This document shows positions 24,745 through 38,199 of a stretch of 64,000 bases of DNA, one piece after another. How positions within the stretch are numbered: the stretch's first letter is position 1; the number at the start of each line of letters is the position of its first letter. The notes beneath the pieces are model-generated. The model made no database searches. It saw nothing but the letters and a program-made list of their open reading frames with translations, and was not told the DNA's origin. A program made the translations under genes and the position numbers. The DNA comes from Mobula birostris (taxonomy: Eukaryota): positions 30,223,097-30,287,096 of the forward strand of contig NC_092397.1 in assembly GCF_030028105.1 (NCBI RefSeq), in the 5' to 3' direction.

Positions 24745-26015
24745 CTTATGAAACATATCTGCTGTCATGCCTTCTTTTTACTGTAGCTGCATCGATATGT
24801 TGGGACCAGGTTAGATGATCAGAGATATTGATATCCAGGAACTTGAAATTATTCACTCTCTCCACTTCTGATCCCTCTATGAGGATTGGTTTGTGTTCTC
24901 TCATCGTACCCTTCCTTCAATCAGCTCTTTTGTCGCACTGACATTAAGCACAAGGTAGTTGCTGCGACACCACTCAGCTAGCTGGTATACCTTGCTCCTG
25001 TAAGTCCTCTCCTCTCCATCTGAGATTGTACTAGCCATGGTTGTATCCAGCATATTTATGGACGGCTTTTGAGCTACGCTTAGTCACACAGTCATGGGTA
25101 GAGGGGGAGTGGAGCAGTCGGCTGAGCACAATCCCTGAGGTGCACCAGTGTCAGTGTTGATCGTCAGCAAGGAGGAGATATTAATTTGAATTTGAATTGA
25201 CTTTATTTCTTGTGTCCTTCATGTACAGGAGGAGTAAAAATCTATACGTTACATCTCCGTCTAAATGTGCAATTTACAATCATAGTAATTTATATTAATT
25301 TATAATAAATAGAACAGCCAGTGTAACATAGAAATACACTCAAATCAGTGTGAGTTAATCAGTCTGATGGTCTGGTGGAAGAAGCTGTCCCGGAGCCTGT
25401 GTGTCCTGGCTTTTATGCTGCGGTCCTGTTTCCCGGATGGTTGCAGCTGGAATACATCGTGGTTGGGGTGACTCAGGTCCCCAGTGATCCTACAGGCCCT
25501 TTTCTCACACCTTTTGTTGTAAGTGTCCTCAGTCATGGGAAGTTCACAACTACAGATGCGCTGGGCTGTCTGCACCACTCTCTGTAGAGTCCTGCGATTA
25601 ACGGAGATGCAGTTCCCATACCAGGCAGTGATGCAGCCATTCAGGATGTTCTCAATTTTGCCCCTGTAGAAAGTTGTAAGGATTTGGGGGCCCATAGCAA
25701 ACTTCCTCACCCGTCTGAGGTGAAAGCGGCGCTGTTGTGCCTTTTTCACCACTCAGCTGGTGTGTGTGGACTGCATGAGATCCTCGGGTATGCTGATGCT
25801 GAGGAACTTAAAACTGTTTACCGTCTGAACCCCAGATCCACTGATGTCCATAGGGGTTAGCCCGTCTCCATTAATCCGCACAGATTGTGGTCTCCCGGTT
25901 AGGAAGTCGAGGATCGAGTTGCAGAGAGACCAGGTTCTGCAGCTTATTAATCAGGACTGTGGGATTGATGATATTAAACACTGAGCTATAGTCAGTGAAA
26001 ATATCCTGACACAGG
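24745..26015 (-). mobile_element. Nested Rex1/Babar fragments (younger copy ~25185-25875 inside an older copy)
   Basis: ORF 25345-25752 closely resembles 5007-5570; flanks carry STGAPQG, YLVLNVS and WILDFL remnants. Confidence 0.8.
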
Positions 26016-26019
26016 CTGT

Positions 26020-29000
26020 GCAGATGCACTACCCCTTGGTATGGAAATTATTCCTGATCTTCGTTCTAACAGGATGTCCTAGTATTCTGAGGCTGTGCCC
26101 TGTGATCCCAGACTGCCCCGCTGTCGGAAACATCCTCCCCACTCCATTGTAGGTCTTTCTATTTTTGATAGGTTTCAATGAGATTCCCTCATTCTTCTAA
26201 AGTCTAGCAAGTACAGGCCGAGAGCCAGCAAACAATCCTTGTGCATGAACCCTTTTATTGCCAGGATCATTCTTGTGAACCTCCTCTGGACCCTCTCCTA
26301 TGTGAACACGTACCTTTTTAGAGAAGGGGCCCAAAACAGTTCACAATACCAAGTGTGATCGGACCAATGCCTTATAAACTCTGAGCATTACATCCTTGCT
26401 TTTGTGTTGTAGTCTTCTTGAAATGAATGCTGACGTTGCATTTGATTTCCTTACCACCAAATCAACTGGCAAGTTTATCAATAGGAAATCCTGCACATCG
26501 GAGACGTGCCTGACCCCAGTACCCAGGAGGCGACACCCCGCTGTGGCATCTCTCTTGCTGCCACAGAATCTCCTGCACATCGCCTGTACTGTGAGTCTGC
26601 TGTCATCACTGCTGTGATTGACCTTTCCTCCCGTGGAGCATCGGACCAGGGTGTCAGTATCACTGACATGACGGGCTGCTGTTCTCTGGTTTGTCATCCT
26701 CCCAGGGGTATCCAAAGGAGTGTACTTGTTGCTGAGGGTCACAGCCACAGGGAGACATGCACTGTCTGTCTCTTCCCCTTTCCAGTCGTGGCAGTCACCA
26801 AACTATTTGCAGCCTGACCTCAGGTTTGACCAACCCACTGAATCTCTGGTCTCAGCATCCTGGAAACTCTGGGTCTGTCCATCTCCAGCACCATTCCCAC
26901 TTCTAGTGGTCACCCTCGTGCATTAATCCTTTTATTGCCAGGATCATTTGTGGCACCTTGTCAAAGAAAGCCTTTTGAAAGTCCAAATATATGACATCAG
27001 TGCATCCCCTTTATCCATCCTGCGTGTAATCTCCTCAAACTATGCCAACCGGTTCATCAGGCAAGACTTTCCCTTAAGGAAACCGTGCTGACTTTGTCCT
27101 TTCTTGTCCTGTGTTTCCAATACTTCTTAATAATTGACTCCAGTTCTTCCCAACCACTGAGGTCAGGCTAACTGGTCTATAATTCCCTTTCTGCTGCCTT
27201 GCTTTGTTATATGCCTTCCCTTTTGGTTTTACATTAGCTTTGATTTCCTTGTCAGCCATGGTTGTACTATTTTGCCATTTGAGTATTTATTTGTTTTTAG
27301 AATACATTCATCCTGCACCTCCCTCATTCTCCCCAGAAACTGTTGCTGCTCTACTGCCATCCCTGCCAGCATCTCCTTCCAATTTACTTTAGCCAACTCT
27401 TCTCTCATACCACTGTAACTACCTTAACTCCAATGAAACACTGATATGTCAGACTGTACTTTCTCCCTATCCAATTTCAGGTTGAACTCAATGATACTGA
27501 GATCACTGCCTCCTAAGGATTCTTTTACCTTAAGCTCCCTAATCACCTCCAGTTTATTCAATAACACATAATCCAGTATAGCTGATCCCCTAGTACACTC
27601 AATGACAAACTGCTCCAAAAAGCCATCTGTTCAGCATTCAGCAAACTCACTCTCTTGAGATCTATTTCCAACCTGATTTTCCCAATCGACCTGCATGTTA
27701 AAATCTCCCCTGACTCCCATGAAATCTTGAATAACATTCCCCTTTTGATATGTCTTTTCTATTTCCTGTTGTAATCTGTGGCCCACATCCCAGCAACTGT
27801 TGGAAGGCCTGTATATAGCTACCATCAGCGTCTTTTACCCTTGCAGTTTTTTAACTCAATTCACAAGCATTCAACATCTTCCAATCTTATGTCACATCTT
27901 TCTACTGATTTGTTACCATTCTTTATCAGCAGAGCCATGCCATCCCCATTGCCCACCTTCCTGTCCCTCTGATACGTGTAACCTTGGGCACTTAGCTCCC
28001 AACTACAAACATTCTTCAGCCGTGATTCAGTGATGGTCATGACAATCCGTAATAGGGCAATAAGATTATCCACCTTATTTCTTATACTCCGTGTATTGAG
28101 ATATAACAGTTTGCGTACTGTATTTGCTACCCTTATTAATTCTGCATCCCTCAGGCACTGATACTCACCCTGCTGGCTGCAGTTATGTCCTATCATCTGC
28201 CTGCCCTTCCTGACAGTGTGACTGCATGCGATCTTTGCTTTCTTTACCATCTGTCCTACCCTGAGTCTTTTCACACCTGTTCCCACACCCCTGCCAAATT
28301 AGTTTCAACCCTCCCCAACTGCTCTAACAAACCAGCAGTATGCCCACAAGAAAACTAATCTCAGGGTTGTATATGATGACAGAAATGTATTTTAATAGTA
28401 CATTTACTTTCAGCTTTGAACTTCGTAGTAGAGAGCTGTGTGTTGTACTGGTCTGTGTCCTCACTGGCTGGTGCTGTGCTCTGGCAACTCAGTGTGCTTG
28501 GTATACAGTGTCAGTATTTCGACAGAAGTGTGTCCTTATTACACAATTGATCTTGTCCATCCTGGAGCTTGGAAGATTCACTGGCGACCAGAATGATCTT
28601 TTCAGACTATTATTGGGCAGAGAATCATTCTGTGATCGTCAAGACTATTTGACCCATCAAGTTAATACCAACTCCTGCTACAACATTTCCACAGTCCCAT
28701 TCCCCACTCTGTCCCCACAGCTCTGCAGGTCATTTCCCCTGAAAGACCTGTCTAATTCCTCTTTAAACACTGGTTGTTCCTGCCACCACTCTGCTGAGTC
28801 CCATATTTCCCAAAGTGAAGTCAAGAATGTCCCCCTCCCTGGTGGACCACATATTGTTTCAGGAAACCTTCCTGAACACAAATAATGCCCCATCCAAGCC
28901 TCAGGGTGTAACGGAGTCCCAGTTACTCTGAAGAGATATTCACTCACCAAATCTACTCTGTAGTTTTTGCATCATCCCATAACCTGCTAACATATCTGTT

Positions 29001-31780
29001 TCTGTCTCTTACTGGCTATTGGGAGGCCGACAGTATAATCCCATCATGGTGATTGCACCTTTCTTATTCCTGATTTCTACCCACATTGTCTTACTGGATG
29101 AGCCTCTGGGATGACCTTGACCTTGTGACATTCTGCCTGATCAGCAGTACAGAGCCCCAACCTCATTCACCTCCCTCTGGACTGTCTGAATCATCTGAAT
29201 CCTGGAATGTTTATCTGTCAGTGCTGCCCTTCTCTCAGCCAGATCTCTGTAATGGCTGAGTCACCATGCCATGTACTAATCCAGGCTCTAAGTACGTCTG
29301 CCGTAACCGTTCTACACTGCACTGATATAAACACACTTCAGGCCCTCAGTGCCACTGTGCTCAGTAACTTGGCCTAACTTCACAGTGGTGCACTGGGCCA
29401 ATGGCACCAACACGGGTGATGCCATCTGACTCAAACTGATTGGAAAGGCTGGTTCTGTTATAGGAGAGAAACTGGACACACTGGGGGCCGTGGTAAAACA
29501 AAGGACCCTACGGAAAATCCTGGCAATCCTGGACAATGTTTCTCACCCTCTGTATGCCACCTTGGCTGAACAGAGGAGCATCTTCTGTAACAGACTAAGA
29601 CAACTCTGCTGCTCCAAGGAGCGCTGTATGAAGTCATTCTTACACTGGGCCATCAGGGTCAATAATGAGTCAACCTATAGCCAGGGAAGTGATGCCCCCC
29701 CCCCACCCCCATGTTAGACTGTTGGAGGTAACTGACTTTTTATTCTTTCTCTTGCTTCTCTTCTGATATTTGTATATCTGTGCACTTGTAATGCTGCTGA
29801 GACACTGTAATTTATCCACTTGGACTTACTTCCTGTGTTAATCCACATCCGTCAATGCCAGTTACTGACCTCTTACTCTTCCCATCACCTGTCCTGAAGG
29901 AGAGCCCAATGATCCATGTAACTAAAACCCTCCGTCCTGCACCAGCTCGTGAGCCACACATATAACTGTACCACACTTTTATTTCTTCCCTCGCTAGCAG
30001 GTGGCACTGGAGTTTCCACCACTGCCGCCCCCCCCCCTCCCCCGACCACAGAGTTTCCACTTTACTTTTTCCCCAACTCCCTGAGCTCTCCTTGCAGGAC
30101 TTGGTCTCTTTTGTTAGAGCCAATATGGACCACAACCTCTGGCTGCTCACCCTGCCCTTTCAGAATGGCCTGTACTTGTTCAGTTCCATCCTTGGCCCTG
30201 GTACCAGGGAGGTAATGCACCATCCTGCAGTCTCTCTCCTTGCCACAGATACACTTGTCTGTGACCCCGGCTAAAGACTCCCCTGTCACTGAGGCTCACC
30301 GAGAACACAGAACAGTACAGCACAGGAACAGACCCTTCTTCCCATGATGTCTGTGCTGAACACGATGCCAAATGAAACTAAGTCTCTTCTGCCTGCTTAT
30401 AATTCATGTGCTTCAATTCTCTGAATATTCATGTGGTTATCTAAAACCCTGTTAAATGTCATTATCATATCTGCTTCCACCACTCCCCATGGCAGCCCAT
30501 ACCCGGCCCTCACCACTCTCTGTACAGAAACAGAAATCTTACCTGTCCTAATGTCCACCTTTAAATTCTCACCCTGGCATTTTAAAGCTGCGCCTTCTCA
30601 TATTTGATATTTCTACCCTGGCAAAATGCTCTTGCCTGTTTACCTTGTTTACACCTCTCATAGTTCTATAATCTTCTGTCAGGTCTCCCCTCAGTCTCCT
30701 TCACTCCAGGGAAAACAGTCCCAGTCAGTCTGATCTTTCCTTGTAACTCAAGCCCCCAGTCCAGGTAACATTCCTGTGAATCGTTTCTGCACCTTTCCAG
30801 TTTAATCACATCCTTCCTCTCATGTGACCAGAACTGCACGGGGTACTCCTGGTGTGGTGTCATTATTGATTTGTACAACTGTAATGTGATGTCCCAACTC
30901 CTCTCAGAGCCTTTGCCGATGAAGACAAGCATGTTGTGCTCCTTCTTCACCACCTTGTCTGCCTGTGTTGGCACTTTCAGGGAGTAAGGTACATGTGCCC
31001 CAGGTTTCTCTTTCATCAACACTCCTCAGGACCTTCCATTCACTGGGTATGTCCTGACCTGCTTTAACTTCCCAAAATCCATCATTGTGCACTTGTCTGT
31101 CACAGTAACAACACTTCTCTGTTTCTCTGCACCAACACCCCGTCAGTAAATGTCAATGGACCATTCAGCTCTGAACCTTGGTCATATATGGTTTTATGAA
31201 CCACTCACTGCTCCCGTCTCTATTTTGTTGTGTAGTTCAGCACCTCGACCCCTCTCTATTTCTCTCATTTATAATTTATCTCCACATAAATAATAGTTTG
31301 ACTTTTGATTCCTTCTACCACTCTACATGCCTTCACACTTCACCACATTAAACTCCATTTACCATGTATTCTGCTCGCCAGCTTCCCATGTCCCACTGAA
31401 GAGATGAAATGTCCAATCACAACATGTCCCCCACCACATTCCCTGTCATTGCCACCGTGGATTCCTCACTCTCTGCCGCTCCTCCGGGTCATTAATATCA
31501 ATAATAAATCATTGACAATCCAGAACTGGTCGCTGGGACACTCCACTAGTTATATCATCCCAGTCTGAAACAGACCTGTTATTCTGTCTCAGTATGATGA
31601 CCAGTCTTCAGTCAGTATTAACACACTTCCTTCCCAGTACTGAGCTCTGGTCTTGTGCACCAGCCTTACATGTGGCACCTTGGCAAATGGCTCCTGAAAA
31701 TCCAAAAACACCACTTCTCCAACTTCCCCTGTAAAGTCTCAAATCTCTGGTGTGTTTGTCAAACATGACTTAACATTCAA
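26020..31780 (-). mobile_element. Patchwork of degenerate CR1 fragments (ORF1 esterase, EN, RT, 3' ends)
   Basis: Motifs YKALVRSHL, NYRPVSLTSVVGK, YRPSNS, LNTRSIRNKVD, VVVHIGSN and YPVQFW; several CR1 tails. Confidence 0.75.
29381..29820 (+). mobile_element. Rex1/Babar 3' fragment
   Basis: KILAILDNVSHPLYATL..RLRQLCC.KER..KSF, matching 8844-9443. Confidence 0.75.
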
Positions 31781-32949
31781 CAACCCAGGTTACAGGGTCC
31801 AAGACCAGGTTCCAGATGGACAAGGTGGTGAAGAGGCTTTTGGAACACTGACCTTCACTCAGGGCCCCGAATATAGAAGCTGGGATGAGATGTTGCAGTT
31901 GTACAACACATTGGTTTGGCCACATTTTGCAAATAGTGTTTAGTTTTTGTGACCCTGCTGTATGACAGACACCGTTCAGCTGGAAAGAGCACAGAGGAGA
32001 TTTATGGGGATGTTACTGGATCTCAAAGGATTTGTGGAAAGGTGTTTTGGATAATTTTCCCTGTAATGTTGGAGAATGAGTGCTGATATTGCAGAGGTGT
32101 ATAAAATCATGAGGGACCTGGAGGCTGGAAATGGAATGAGCTGCTAGGGGGAATGGTTGAGTCAGGTACATTAAAAAGGCACTTGGACAGATAGATGGAA
32201 AGGAAAGGTTTTGAAGTGTCTGAGCCAAATGCAGAGTAATGGGACAAGGAGGAGGATAACCTTCAGAATGTGGTGGTGAGGGGGTTACAGACCACAAGCT
32301 CAGATGGGAACTTTGGTCATCGTGGAATCTGTGTGAACCTGACTGTAGACATTGAACTTTTCCAAATGATTTGTTATTTCTTGATAGATTATCAACTCCA
32401 GTACCTGAAGTGAAGTTAACAGGACTACAGTTACCTGCTTTTTATCTTCCACCCTTCTTCAGCAATGGTTTTCAACTCCACTGGGACCTTTCTGTAACAG
32501 TGAGTTTTGACAAACTTTAATGTCTCTACTTTCTCTACAGACTTCCTGTGAAACCCTCCAGTGCAGGTCGTTGGGACCTGGTAAAGTTTGCTTTTAGTCC
32601 CATTAGTTTCTCCCTTGTGATGCCAATTGTTATACATTATGGCACAATGTTGAAATGTCACCGTTAGATATCTGTGCGATGTTTGCTGTGTCCCACTGTG
32701 AACACTAATGCAAATTACTGAGTTAACTTCTCTGCGTGTTCCTTGTTACTTTTAGCTTTTCACTGATTCCTAGAAAATCTCTGATTCTCTTGTGCACCAC
32801 CAGCGCCTCTTTGTATGTTCTTTGATTTAATATTTCCTTGAATGCCTTTGACCACACCCCAGGATCTTGAGGCCACTCCCACCAATGTTGTCTTTCCCTC
32901 CCCCTTTCACCATCATTGTCCCTACATATAAAGTTCCTATGAAAATTTA

Positions 32950-34480
32950 CAGCATTGAATCTCAGTGGATTGAATTTGGCTTTTTTTGAAACCAATCAAT
33001 GGAAAAATACTCTTTTGTGTCAAAGGGAAAACAAATCTCTACAAAATGCTCTCAACTAATTACAAATCTAAAACACAAAATAATTGTCTGTTTAATTATT
33101 CACCCCCTTTAATATGACACACCAAATCATCATTGGTGCAGCCAATTAGTTTTTGAAGTTACATGATCAGTTAAATGGAGATCACCGTGTGCAGTCAAGG
33201 TGTTTCAATTGCTTGTAGTAATAGTACACCTGTAAGTGGAAGGTCGAACTGCTGGTGAGTCAGTATCCTGGGGAAACTACACCATGAAGACAAATCAACA
33301 CTCCGAGCTGCTCTGCAAACAGGTAATTGACGAACACAAGCCAGGAGATGGATACAAGAACATTTCCAAGTCACTGAATGCCCTTGGAGTACAGTTAAGT
33401 CACTCATCCAGAAGTGGGAAGTATATGGCACAGCTGTAAATCTGCCAAGAGCAGGCTATCCTCAAAAACTGAGTGGCCATGCAAGAAAGGGCCGGTGGGG
33501 CAGGCCACCAAGAGACCTATGATAACTCTAGATGAGTTACAAGCTTCAGTGGTGGGAGAGATTGTGCAAACATCAACTGTTGCCCGGGTGTTTCACCAGT
33601 CGCAGCTTTACGGGAGAGTGGCAGAGAAAAAGCCACTGTTGAAAAATGCTCTCATGAAATCTTGCCTGGAGTTTGCCAGAATTGTGGGGGACTCTGAAGT
33701 TAGTTGGAAGAAGATTCTATGGTCTGATGAAAACAAAATTGAATTTCTTGACCATCACAAACACTAAGTTTGGAGTAAGCTAAACACCGCACAACATCAA
33801 AAACACACCATCCCTACCGTGAAGTATGGTGGAGGCTGCATCATCCTGTGGGTGTGCTTTACTGCAGCAGGCCCTGAAAGGCACATAAAGGTAGAGGGTA
33901 AAATGAATGCAGCAAAATACAGGGAAATCCTGGAGGAAAACCTAATTCAGTCTTCAAGAGAACTGCGACTTAGAGGAGAAAATTAATTTACCAGCAAGAC
34001 AGTGACCGCAAGCATAAAACCAAAGCTGCACAGGAATGCCTTAAAACAACAAAGTTAATGTCCTGGAGTGGCTTTGTGAGAGTCCAGACCTCAATCCAAT
34101 TGAGAATTTGTGGCTGGACTTGAAAAGATCTGTTCACTCAGCAACCCATGCATTCTGACAGAGCTTCAGCAGTTTTGTAAAGGAGAATGAGGAAAATTGC
34201 AGTGTTCAGATGTGCAAAGCTGATAGACACCGATCCATCCACACAGACTCAACTGTAAACACTGTCAAAGGTGCATCAACTAATTACTGATTTGAAGGAG
34301 GTAAATACTAAGGCAATGAATTATTTTGTTTCATATTTACAATTAATTTAGATCTGTTTTCACTTTGACACCGTGGAGTCTTTTCTGTTGATCAGTGTCA
34401 AAAAAGCCAAATTAAATCCATTGCAAAACAATAAAACATAAAAACTTCAAAGGAGACTGAACATTTTTTATAGGCACTGT
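32950..34480 (+). mobile_element. Defective Tc1 (IR/DR type) DNA transposon
   Basis: Transposase remnants (GDGYKNISKSL, AEKKPLL, WKKILWSDENKIE, TVKYGGGCIILW, SPDLNPIENLW); inverted terminal repeats ~32950-33110 and ~34300-34480 ending AGGCACTGTA. Confidence 0.9.
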
Positions 34481-34689
34481 ATCCACTCTTTCAGCAGCAC
34501 GTTATCAACAAATCCACCCTGCTCCTTTCCATTTTGCCAATTCTGTGTGGAACATTGAATACAGTGGAATGTCGAATTCCCAGTCCCAGTCTCTGTAATA
34601 GCTGTTAGATCAAACATATTCATCAGTACACAATATGAAACAGATGGCAACCTGCCCTTCGTCCCACAATATCTGCGCCAATCATAATA

Positions 34690-35260
34690 ATGAACAGACT
34701 TTATAAAGTACTGGGGAAGTCTGACTGGAGTATTGTGAGCAGTTTTGGGCCATTGATCTTAGGAAGGATGAGCTGAAACTCGATGGGTTTCAAAGGAGGT
34801 TCTCCAGATTGATTGCAGGATGAAACAGCTTGTCATATGAAGAGCGTTTGATGGCTCTGGGACTGTATTCACTGGAACTTTTGAACAATGAGGGGTGGCC
34901 CAATTGAAACCTATCGAATGGTGAAAGGCAGTGATAAAGTGGATGTGCAGAGGATCGGAGTGACTAATATCAGGACACAGCCTCAGAACAGAGGATCGTC
35001 CTTGTAGAATGTGGAGATGAGGAATTTCTTTAGCCAGAGTGTGGTGAATCTGTGGAATTCATTGCCACAGGGAGCTGTTAAGCCAGGACTTTATGTATAT
35101 TTAAGGCGGAGGTTGATAGATTCTTGATTGGTCAGAGTATGAAGGGATACAGGGGAAAGTCAGGAGACTGGGGCTGAGAGGAAAAATGGATCAGCCACAA
35201 TGAAATGTTGGAGCGGAGTTGATGGGCCAAATGGTTGAATTCTGCTCCTATATCTTAGTC
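34690..35260 (+). mobile_element. CR1 3' fragment
   Basis: LEYCEQFW, LSYEERL and VVNLWNSLPQ motifs followed by the 3' UTR. Confidence 0.8.
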
Positions 35261-36630
35261 TGTGTCACTTCCTCAAACCTCAATCAATGTTATCAAGCGT
35301 GATCTGCCCACACAAAACCATGTTGATTGTCCCTAAGCAGGCCATGCCTTTCTGAATGTGCATAAATCCTGTGCCTCAGTATCCTCCCCAGTAGCTTCTC
35401 TACCACTGAAATGAGGCCTATAGATTCCTGGATTCTTGTTATTTCCCTTCTTGATCAAAGCTGCAACATTTCTGACACTCCAGTCCTGTGGGACCTCACA
35501 TGTTGTGATCGAGGACACACAGATCCTTGTCAAATCGCCAGCAATCTGCTCACTTGCTTCCTTCACTGTTGTAGGATATTTGCCTTCAGGCCCTGGAGTC
35601 TTATCCATCTTATTGCTTTTCAGACGTCCCAGCTCAACCTGCTGCTTAATCTCAAAATGTCTCTGCACATTCGAATGTCTCATTCTGTTTTCATTGCCAT
35701 TCAATTCCTTCACTTCAGTAAATACTGACACAACGTACTCATTCAGTACCGCAGCCACTTGATCTGACTTCAACCACATCATTCCTCCTTTAATCTTGAG
35801 TCGACATTTCTATTCTCTGGTTATCCTCGTCTTATTAATACAAATCACAAGGCCTTGGGATCATCTTTGGTCCTACATTACAAGGACAGTTTGTGGCCCC
35901 TTTTGGCCTTTCCTATCACCTGCTTTAGCATTTCCCTGCTACCTTTATATTCCAAAGGTACCCAGTCTGACTTTAGCTTCACAAACCTTCCACAACCTTT
36001 TGACTAAATTTAGGATCTCTCTGCTTGTCTAAAGATCCCTTACTTACCATCCTTCTCCTCACTCCTCACCGGAACATGCTGACCCTGAACTCAGAGTTGC
36101 TGGTCTTTAGACAACTCCCACACATCAGATGTGGACTTGTCTGACAGTGGCTGCTCCCAATCAATGTCCCTTGGCTCCTGTCTTCCTCCGTCCTGACTTG
36201 TCCTCTTGCAAATTAGTACCTTCATACAAGATCTACTTTTATTTTTACTTGTAACTAAGAAAAAAGAAACTTGTGATCACTGTTCCCAAAATGTTCACTG
36301 ACTCTCAACTGTCACCTGGCCTGGCTCATTCCCAACTGTTCTCACCTCTGGTTGGGCCCTGTACATAATGTTTCAAACACTCAGATTCACTGAAGAAATC
36401 TGGCGCATTTTAGAATTAAGCAAGTTCCAGTCAATTCTAGAGAAGATAATGTCCCCCCACTGGATGTTGCGGGGCCAATACAAATACCCCAACAGTGTAA
36501 CTGCAGATTGCCTCTGTTTGCTGTGACATTCCCAGTGAGGTAACCTCTGCAATTTTAACCCCCCACTCACATGTAAAACAATGAAACCCAGGAATGTTGA
36601 GCTGCCAGCCCTGTCCGTCCGATAACATAG
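35260..36630 (-). mobile_element. Degenerate CR1 ORF2 fragment
   Basis: ORF 35333-35782 (LNEYVVSVFT..DKTPGPEG.YP..VPQDW..KKGN.KNPGIYRP); EN remnant WQLNIPGF. Confidence 0.8.
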
Positions 36631-36715
36631 TACTCCTAGTGTTGAAATAAACTCATTTCAGCCCATCAGTCCCACCATGTTTATTAGCCTGACATTGGCT
36701 CTCGTTCTTTTCAGA

Positions 36716-37286
<571 letters not shown>

Positions 37287-37319
37287 AAAACTCCCACTTC
37301 CTCCCGAGCACAAAACAAA

Positions 37320-37340
37320 GGCTCTTCTAAGAGCCACCCA
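37320..37340 (+). terminator. Histone 3' stem-loop (H4)
   Basis: AAA-GGCTCT TCTA AGAGCC-ACCCA, with purine-rich HDE-like GACGGAGC downstream. Confidence 0.93.
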
Positions 37341-37797
37341 CCGCCTCACAGACGGAGCCGTATCCACAGACTTTTAATTGTTTGTATCGATACATTCAGC
37401 TGAGTTACATTTGAAACAGATTAATCGGTTCGGCTTGAGATATTCCTGCGAATCTGCCTTTCCAGTCCGTGATAGAACCTCTGAACGCATTAAGATCGAT
37501 CTTCATCCTTTTATTCGTCTCAGATAGAAATCAGTTCACTCGTTTAGAGAAACGATTCCGTAATTATGCATTTAAATCTTGACTCAGGGAATTAGATATT
37601 AAATTTATTAAATGAAACTGAAATTGTATAATGCGTGATAAAACTAACGGTAAATAATTTTAAATAAGTCTTCCAGCACCGTTGCTGGGTGCTCTGAAAT
37701 TGGCGGGCAATTTGAAATTGATTCTGCGCCAATCACACTGTATTCTGATCCGATGAAGTCCGACCGCCAGTAAATTCCTAGAACTCCTTCTGTACGT

Positions 37798-37984
37798 GGT
37801 GTGTGAGGGAGTTTTTTTCTCTCTCTCTGGACCTCTGTGTTTCGGACAAACCGTTGGAAATTGCCGGGTGTATTAAAGTGAAGACGGAGCTGGACGATGA
37901 GAGGCCGCTCTCGGCTCTGTCCGTCACTCTGACTCTGTCTCCTCCCCTCCCCGCCTCTGTCTCTCTGCGCGTTTCTCGGGCAGG
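37798..37984 (+). promoter_or_regulatory. Orphan duplicate of the H4 upstream region
   Basis: Near-identical to 36716-36900 (last ~100 bp essentially identical); truncated before the TATA box. Confidence 0.85.
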
Positions 37985-38047
37985 AGAGGTGGCAGAGGAC
38001 TGGAGGATGGGTCATGTTATGCAGTAACTTTGAATCGATGGAAGAGT

Positions 38048-38165
38048 AAACACAAGACATTTGTGCAGATGCTGATGGAGGGTCTCGGCCTGAAACGTTG
38101 GCTGTTTCCAGTTTCTCATAGATGCTGCCTGGCCTGCTGAGTTCCTCCAGCACTGCGCGTGTATC
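38048..38165 (+). mobile_element. Penelope-derived short element (degenerate hammerhead)
   Basis: CTGATGGAGGGTCTCGGCCTGAAACGTTGGCTG...GATGCTGCCTGGCCTGCTGAGTTCCTCCAGC. Confidence 0.75.
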
Positions 38166-38199
38166 GCTGCGAGGAAAAGCCCGGGAGCTGAGTCAGGGC

